Part shown: piece by piece, positions 58,630 to 64,000 of the stretch | Position numbering within the stretch: position 1 is the stretch's first letter | Layout of the letters: each line of letters opens with the position of its first letter | Assembly: GCA_023434365.1 (NCBI GenBank) | Contig: JAEYSV010000042.1 | Span: forward strand, 23,546-87,545 | DNA: 64,000 nucleotides | Direction: 5' to 3' | DNA from: Bacillota bacterium | Lineage (GTDB): Bacteria > Bacillota > Clostridia > Lachnospirales > Lachnospiraceae | Notes under the pieces: model-generated | Databases searched by the model: none | Told to the model about the DNA's origin: nothing | The model's input: only the letters and a program-made list of their open reading frames with translations | Program-made: the position numbers and the translations under genes

Positions 58630-58890
58630 CTATTCATCTTTATATAATGAGTAATAATCACAATTCATTTCTTCTTGTTTTTGCAAGTACCATTTTTTCA
58701 CATCATCAAGCACCTTATTATATACAATTGGTGCCAGATTTTCTATAAACAGATCCAATATTTGTTGCTTTTCAATTATTCCAGTTTCCTCCCCACGAAC
58801 ATCCAAATAGAAGGCTGTAATCTCATCTTCTATCATTTTTTTCTGTTTATCTGTAAGTTGAACAACTGTATTTAAGCTGGTTCTTTTCAT
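58630..58890 (-). CDS. DUF2164-like small protein
   Basis: F..VRGEE.G......LD......AP..YNK.L.D pattern, GAGGAGG RBS. Confidence 0.75.
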   Translation of the reverse strand: MKRTSLNTVVQLTDKQKKMIEDEITAFYLDVRGEETGIIEKQQILDLFIENLAPIVYNKVLDDVKKWYLQKQEEMNCDYYSLYKDE

Positions 58891-58919
58891 AAAAGGAAAC
58901 CTCCTCATTATATAACACA

Positions 58920-59112
58920 TTAATCGCTTATTCTTTCTCCCAGGTAATATTTACGGCTTTTGATAAACCCTAGAGAGCCTGTCATTTATAAGATTGTAAT
59001 CCGGTTTTCCTAATAAGTTCTAATTCTTCAATCGTAAATAAATGCTGCCTCAACTCTTTTCAAATAGCCCACTGTGCCGTTATCATGTGCTAATACAAAG
59101 TATAAACTTTTT
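58920..59112 (-). pseudogene. Frameshifted C-terminal gene remnant (possibly NUDIX-like)
   Basis: KSLYFVLAHDNGTVGY..VEAALFTIEELELIRK / PDYNLINDRLSRVYQSRKYYLGERISD*, split over two frames with no 5' end. Confidence 0.35.
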
Positions 59113-59200
59113 AGTTGACGTAATCAATGAAAAAGCAAGTCATTCAATTAATGGTAACCCTTGCGACGTAGTCCTACCACCGTCCCCATTACCAGATGAA

Positions 59201-59407
59201 GAATCATTATGCTTCTGAATAATATCTTTTTACCTTCCAATAATAGAATGGTGGCATACTATAGCTGAAAGCACATTAGATGGAGAAAGTAGAAATTCTA
59301 AGCATCAGTCTGGTAATCGCCATAAACTTGATAAAGACATATAACATATTTTAATGCATAGGAGAAAATTATATGAACCGCGATAACCTCATAGCTCAAG
59401 TAAAAAA
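59201..59407 (+). repeat. Direct repeat, copy 2 (includes only the first ~11 codons of the 79-aa gene)
   Basis: Matches 45664-45870 and ends after ...CTCAAGTAAAAAA. Confidence 0.92.
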
Positions 59408-59473
59408 AGATAAGGATGATTCGCCTCTCTCCTAAAACCATAAGCTATCCGTATAGGTTATTAATTACCTTTT

Positions 59474-60364
59474 CTATATATCATCTTTTAATAGGTAATC
59501 CTTAAATATTGAATAAAAACCTGATAATAATTTCTCATCCGATTCCAATGTAGTTTCTTCCATTTGTTTTTTTGTTTTCATCAGATCATATCCATCTCGT
59601 ATCACCAAAAAACGTGATATTCTCGGATAAATAGAATTAGTAGGACATGCGTAAATACAACGAAAGCATGCAACGCAATGCCAACCAAACTGAGGTCTTC
59701 TATTCTTCATATGAATGTTTCCCATAGGGCAATTGCGTGAACAGAGACCACAGTGGTTACATGATTTTCTAACTGTTAATTCTGTTCCAAAAAACTTTGC
59801 CCATATCTTTTCGATTTTACAAATATATGTTAACATTCTGCTTTTTACTGGAGTATATGTTCGTCTGCTCTTCATGGATATTATCTCAATAGCAGTATTT
59901 GCTGCTTTAATTGGAAGAATCTGAAGTAAGCGCATCGAAAAGGTATTCTTTGTGGCTATAATCATATTAATAGGCATGATTACCATTCGTTCGTAGAAAA
60001 CATCATAACCTTTTAGTGTCAAGGCTTTAATTGAACCGTAGCGACTAGCTCGATTTATCCAATAATCACCTGCAGCAGAAACGGAAATGACTGCAACAGG
60101 TAATCCATTACTCTTAGGAAGCGTTTTAATCCAGTTGTATACTGGTTCAGGTGAATCGAATGCATGCACAGGGAAAAGTATAATGATAATGTCAGCTGAA
60201 CCAATACCATAAGTACCGTCTTTTTTAGTACGTTTAATTGCTTTAACTTCCAAAGGCAAAACCTGTACATCACAATTTTTATCTTTTAAATTCTGTTCCA
60301 AAAGTGAGGCAAAATACGCTGTGCCACCTGTCCCTGAGAAGTAGACCAACTTTACATTTTTCAT
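59474..60364 (-). CDS. EFR1-type flavodoxin-ferredoxin fusion
   Basis: YFSGTGGT, FPVH, CNHCGLCSRNCP and CVACFRCIYACP. Confidence 0.88.
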   Translation of the reverse strand: MKNVKLVYFSGTGGTAYFASLLEQNLKDKNCDVQVLPLEVKAIKRTKKDGTYGIGSADIIIILFPVHAFDSPEPVYNWIKTLPKSNGLPVAVISVSAAGDYWINRASRYGSIKALTLKGYDVFYERMVIMPINMIIATKNTFSMRLLQILPIKAANTAIEIISMKSRRTYTPVKSRMLTYICKIEKIWAKFFGTELTVRKSCNHCGLCSRNCPMGNIHMKNRRPQFGWHCVACFRCIYACPTNSIYPRISRFLVIRDGYDLMKTKKQMEETTLESDEKLLSGFYSIFKDYLLKDDI

Positions 60365-60422
60365 ACATATCCTCTCTATCATTACTAGATTATGTAATAC
60401 TCAATACTCTTATCTATCATCA

Positions 60423-61427
60423 TTAGCCTTCTAACCAACCTTTTAGTAAAGCGATCTGTTTAGCATACTGCCTTAATGCCTCCATTGTACCAAATACTTG
60501 CTCTGTTCCAAATCTCTTTTCTTCAATGGATGCAGCTTCAATTCCCAACGATCGTTTAAAGCTATAGTTAAGCCAGCCAAGCATTCCACCGAATCCACAT
60601 GCAAGTACCGTTTCCCAATTCACATGACAACTTCCTGCGATTGCTATATATGCCTGATACAGCGCTTCAAATTTGTCTCTGTCCAACTCGCCATTACCAT
60701 TGTTAGCCCAATAATTAAGCACTTCCAATAGTTCCTGATATGGATTTACATATCCTGCAGCTTCCCAATCAATAATGTATGGATTATTATCTTTCCACAT
60801 AACATTTTTAGGGTCTAAATCCCTATGGCTAAGTACCAAATTACTACCCAAAGAATTGGAAGCTTCAATTAACTCATGGTTCCACTTATTCAATTCGTCT
60901 ATCATATGTGATAATTGATGAATCCATTCTGCATTTTGTTCCTGTCCCAATAAGAGGTATTTAATCCAATCATATACTTCCGGTGCATCTATTTCTTTAA
61001 TTATACCAGGAATCATAATATTCGCTGTGTGCATCTTTGCTAATTGTGTTCCTATCTTATTGCAATCTTGTAAAGATATTTTAGGGGGGAATATAGACAC
61101 GCCATCTAACCAGTTAAATACCAAAAAATATTGCCCATCCAGATTTAATAATGGTCCATTATTAAACTGCATGGCGGCAACTACAGGTACGATTCCATAA
61201 AGAGCAGTTGCTATACGTTCAGAATTAATAATACTTTCTGTAACACCTTTTCTTAGCATTATTGCGGTATTAAATTCTTTAACAGCATATTTTTTATTTT
61301 CAGTGACTATTTGATACATCTTGTGCATCAAACCACCTGTGACCTATTTTGGTTCTTCAATTATAGTTTCTAAACCGTATTTACTAAATAGCTTTTCTAT
61401 TTTTACATATGTTTCTGAATAGTACAT
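60423..61427 (-). pseudogene. Aminoglycoside/choline phosphotransferase-family kinase with an in-frame TAG at codon 28
   Basis: GAGG RBS + ATG at 61427: MYYSETYVKIEKLFSKYGLETIIEEPK*VTGGLMHKMY...; HRDLDPKN and IIDWE are intact. Confidence 0.8.
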
Positions 61428-61625
61428 GGTTCTACCTCACTAAAAGAATAATAATCACACATTGTGAAAAACTTTTTTGTAGACAATTACGACCACCCTA
61501 TGATTGAAGATGAAAAACAGTTAGTGGATACGATTTATTTGAAAATAAATCTATAAAGTAGTGCTTCGCCCTCTATAACATTACTTAGGGCTGTCTTTCA
61601 AACTGCATCGCCTTTTCAGACGGCA

Positions 61626-62340
61626 TCAGCGATATTCATTATACAGGTCGGCAACCCTGCCAAATTTATACCCCTGCTCTTGCAGTTTTGGCACGAGAAT
61701 ATCCAGAGCCTCAAGGACATTCTCCGCGTTAAACATTGGGTGAAGCAGAATAATCGACCCGCTTTTCACATTATCGATGACATATTGGGCAATTTCATCT
61801 GGCGAGGCGTTATAACCTAAAATAGTTTCAGGCTCGATGCTCCACATTACCGTCTTCATATCATTCTGATTTAAATAGTACGGGAGAACAAACAGTTTTT
61901 TTCCATAAGGCGGCCTAAAAAAAATTTCTCCGTCATAGCCGCTCGCCCGTATCAATTCATTTGTCTCAGCAACTTCCTCTTTACAAAAGTCGTAAGATTT
62001 AAAAATCATCCGCTTATGAGAGTAGGAATGGTTGCCAAGCTCATGCCCTGCCTGAACAATTGCCTTCGCATCCTCCAGCCTGGCGTCGATTCCGTCTCCG
62101 CAGACAAAAAATGTGGCTTTGACACCCAGCTCATCTAGCTTGTCTAGGATTGCCGCCGTGTTTTCCGTCGGACCGTCGTCGAAGGTCAGCGCGATTTTAT
62201 TGTCGTCATTTGGTATTGTGGTGAGGAGCTCGCCAAAAAACTGAAAGCTTCTTGATTTCGAAACGAAAAACAAAAATATGGCACAAAATATGATCAACAC
62301 AGCTATGACCAGTAGCACAAATAGGCGTTTTTTTTTTCAT
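61626..62340 (-). CDS. NodB-type polysaccharide deacetylase, out of frame at an A10 tract after the start codon
   Basis: ALTFDDGP, GNHSYSH, FRPPYG, ILLH. AAGGAGG-preceded ATG at 62340 lies 22 nt from the long frame. Confidence 0.85.
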
Positions 62341-62466
62341 AGACAATAACCTCCTTTTACACAGATGGTCAGAACATCATATCCGAAAACTGCTTATTCG
62401 TACTGGGTCAGGAACGTATTGCAGTTCTCTGCGAATCACCTCTTCGCCTAATACAAATCAAACGTC

Positions 62467-62817
62467 TCACGTGCCATTAGATTTATATTCATTTATCAAA
62501 GATGAAATAAGATTGACCAATTTTTTTGGTAAACTGGTGTCAAAGCTATTACCTGTTGATATATCCTCGATTGAGTGTCCAACATATCCATAATATGTAT
62601 CCTCATATATTCCTATAATTAGACCATTGTGGAAATCTATCCACATACCACATAAACTATTAGTAGGATTTATTATTGTATTATAAGACGCTTTGTTACA
62701 TTTACTAACAATATTATTAATTACTTCATCATCTGTTATTTCAAAACTATCCCCCGCAAAACTATATTTAATTGTAATTCTATTAGTGGTAAAGTCATAT
62801 GCCAATTCAATGTGCAA
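62467..62817 (-). CDS. Hypothetical protein, possibly 5'-truncated
   Basis: 116-aa ORF, TTG start, no clear RBS. Confidence 0.4.
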   Translation of the reverse strand: MHIELAYDFTTNRITIKYSFAGDSFEITDDEVINNIVSKCNKASYNTIINPTNSLCGMWIDFHNGLIIGIYEDTYYGYVGHSIEDISTGNSFDTSLPKKLVNLISSLINEYKSNGT

Positions 62818-62880
62818 TAGCCGGATTTATTGAATATACTACCAACTCACTAATATCATTTATAACTGTTTTATGCTATA

Positions 62881-62899
62881 ATTCAACCATTAGTTGAAT
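62881..62899. promoter_or_regulatory. Palindrome upstream of the XRE regulator
   Basis: ATTCAAC-CATTA-GTTGAAT. Confidence 0.5.
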
Positions 62900-62986
62900 G
62901 ACTATATTATTTTTCCACCAATAGTTTATAGTCTTTTAATTACTATATATCTTATAATCGTTTCATTAAGCGAAAGGAGAATATCT

Positions 62987-63622
62987 ATGGAAAACTATTC
63001 GAAAATATTGGCAAAAAATATTACATATCATCGCAAAGAAAAAGGACTCACGCAAGAGGCACTAGCTGAGAAGTTAGGAGTTTCATTTCAAGCGATAAGC
63101 AAATGGGAAAACGAACTGTCTTGTCCTGATATTTTACTATTGCCACACCTTAGTAAAATTTTTGGCGTTTCAATTGATGAACTTTATGGTAATAAAGTCG
63201 CCATAGAGGTAAGTAAAAATCAAAGCTTCCATATATCTGACCTACCTTGGCTTGATGATGAAATAATACGAGGTGTTGTTTTCTTAGGACATAAAATTTT
63301 AAACAACAGTGACGATATGTCAAAATTTACATTCAAACTTGAAGGCCAATCATTTAACGTTATAAGCCATTGTAATATTGAGTGTGATGGAATTCAAAAT
63401 GGTGCACAAGCAGCTTGTGATATAAACTGCACTACTATAAGTGGTGGCGCCAAAGCAGGATGCGATATAAACTGTAATGATATTAATGGCGGTGCCAAGG
63501 CAGGATGTGATATAAACTGTGTTAATATTACTGGTGGAGCGACGGCAGGATGTGATGTAAATTGTAATAATATTAGTGGTGATGTTTCAGCAGCCTCCTC
63601 CAACTCCCAAGTTAATGCCTAG
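62987..63622 (+). CDS. XRE/Cro HTH regulator with C-terminal 15-aa Cys-containing repeats
   Basis: LTQEALAEKLGVSFQAISKWEN..PD; GGAKAGCDINCxxI repeats. AAAGGAG RBS. Confidence 0.88.
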   Translation: MENYSKILAKNITYHRKEKGLTQEALAEKLGVSFQAISKWENELSCPDILLLPHLSKIFGVSIDELYGNKVAIEVSKNQSFHISDLPWLDDEIIRGVVFLGHKILNNSDDMSKFTFKLEGQSFNVISHCNIECDGIQNGAQAACDINCTTISGGAKAGCDINCNDINGGAKAGCDINCVNITGGATAGCDVNCNNISGDVSAASSNSQVNA

Positions 63623-63698
63623 TGAACATATCAAAATTTTATGTTAGCAGGCAGTTACATTCAATATCACTCATCTAGCTCTTATACCAAAATGTATA

Positions 63699-63735
63699 AA
63701 TCCTCTATCCCCCTATAATAAGGAGATAGAGGATT
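63699..63735. terminator. Terminator between convergent genes
   Basis: AATCCTCTATC / GATAGAGGATT. Confidence 0.7.
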
Positions 63736-63770
63736 ATTTTTATATACTTAAAAAGCTTGATTTTATTTGT

Positions 63771-64000
63771 TTAAGATTTTTTATGTATCCACCATATATC
63801 ATTTTGGTAAGGATAAAAACCGATACTATAATAGAATTGCTGTGATGAAAGCACATATGCATGTTTTGCTCCGAGTTTGCCACACCTATTTACCCCTTCA
63901 AGAACAGCAGCTTTACCCAATCCCAACTTACGATATTCAGGTAAAGTGAAAACAGGTTCGACATAAGCATACTCGCTGCCAGGAATACACCACATCCCAC
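63771..64000 (-). CDS. GNAT acetyltransferase, 3' part (begins beyond the window end)
   Basis: VEPVFTLPEYRKLGLG...FYYSIGF. Confidence 0.8.
   Translation of the reverse strand, partial: GMWCIPGSEYAYVEPVFTLPEYRKLGLGKAAVLEGVNRCGKLGAKHAYVLSSQQFYYSIGFYPYQNDIWWIHKKS

Noticed and set aside
61344..61346. Pyrrolysine recoding
   Set aside because: No pyl genes in the window; a simple nonsense mutation is more parsimonious
1505..63949. Numerous short antisense or overlapping ORFs in the track (e.g. 9605-10102, 45218-45703, 63394-63603)
   Set aside because: Shadows of well-supported genes, with no RBS or recognisable motifs

Overview
An AT-rich chromosomal accessory region. Gene content and sporulation-type promoters suggest a spore-forming Clostridia/Lachnospiraceae-like bacterium (inference). 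It is a patchwork of small, mostly minus-strand modules. These include several detox/redox enzymes (four aldo-keto reductases, an Fe-ADH, an SDR, a Gfo/Idh/MocA enzyme) with MerR, MocR, WYL and AraC-GyrI regulators whose operator sites are visible in the DNA, a UvsE-DUF1722 fusion, and a YtfQRT/YjfF-like sugar ABC transporter with a three-component sensor. Also present are GH3, GH43 and a probably catalytically dead LysM-GH18, a rifamycin ADP-ribosyltransferase (arr) downstream of a WYL regulator, cadA behind an internally deleted cadC, a LytTR two-component system with a 9-12-9 direct repeat upstream of a ~1490-aa sortase-anchored surface protein, and an XRE regulator with Cys-containing 15-aa repeats. 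A ~207-bp near-identical direct repeat brackets 45.9-59.2 kb. Decay is pervasive: internal deletions, one nonsense codon, an A10 frameshift and orphan gene fragments. I saw no rRNA, tRNA, CRISPR array, transposase, integrase or reverse transcriptase. All product calls come from motif recognition by eye, not from database searches.
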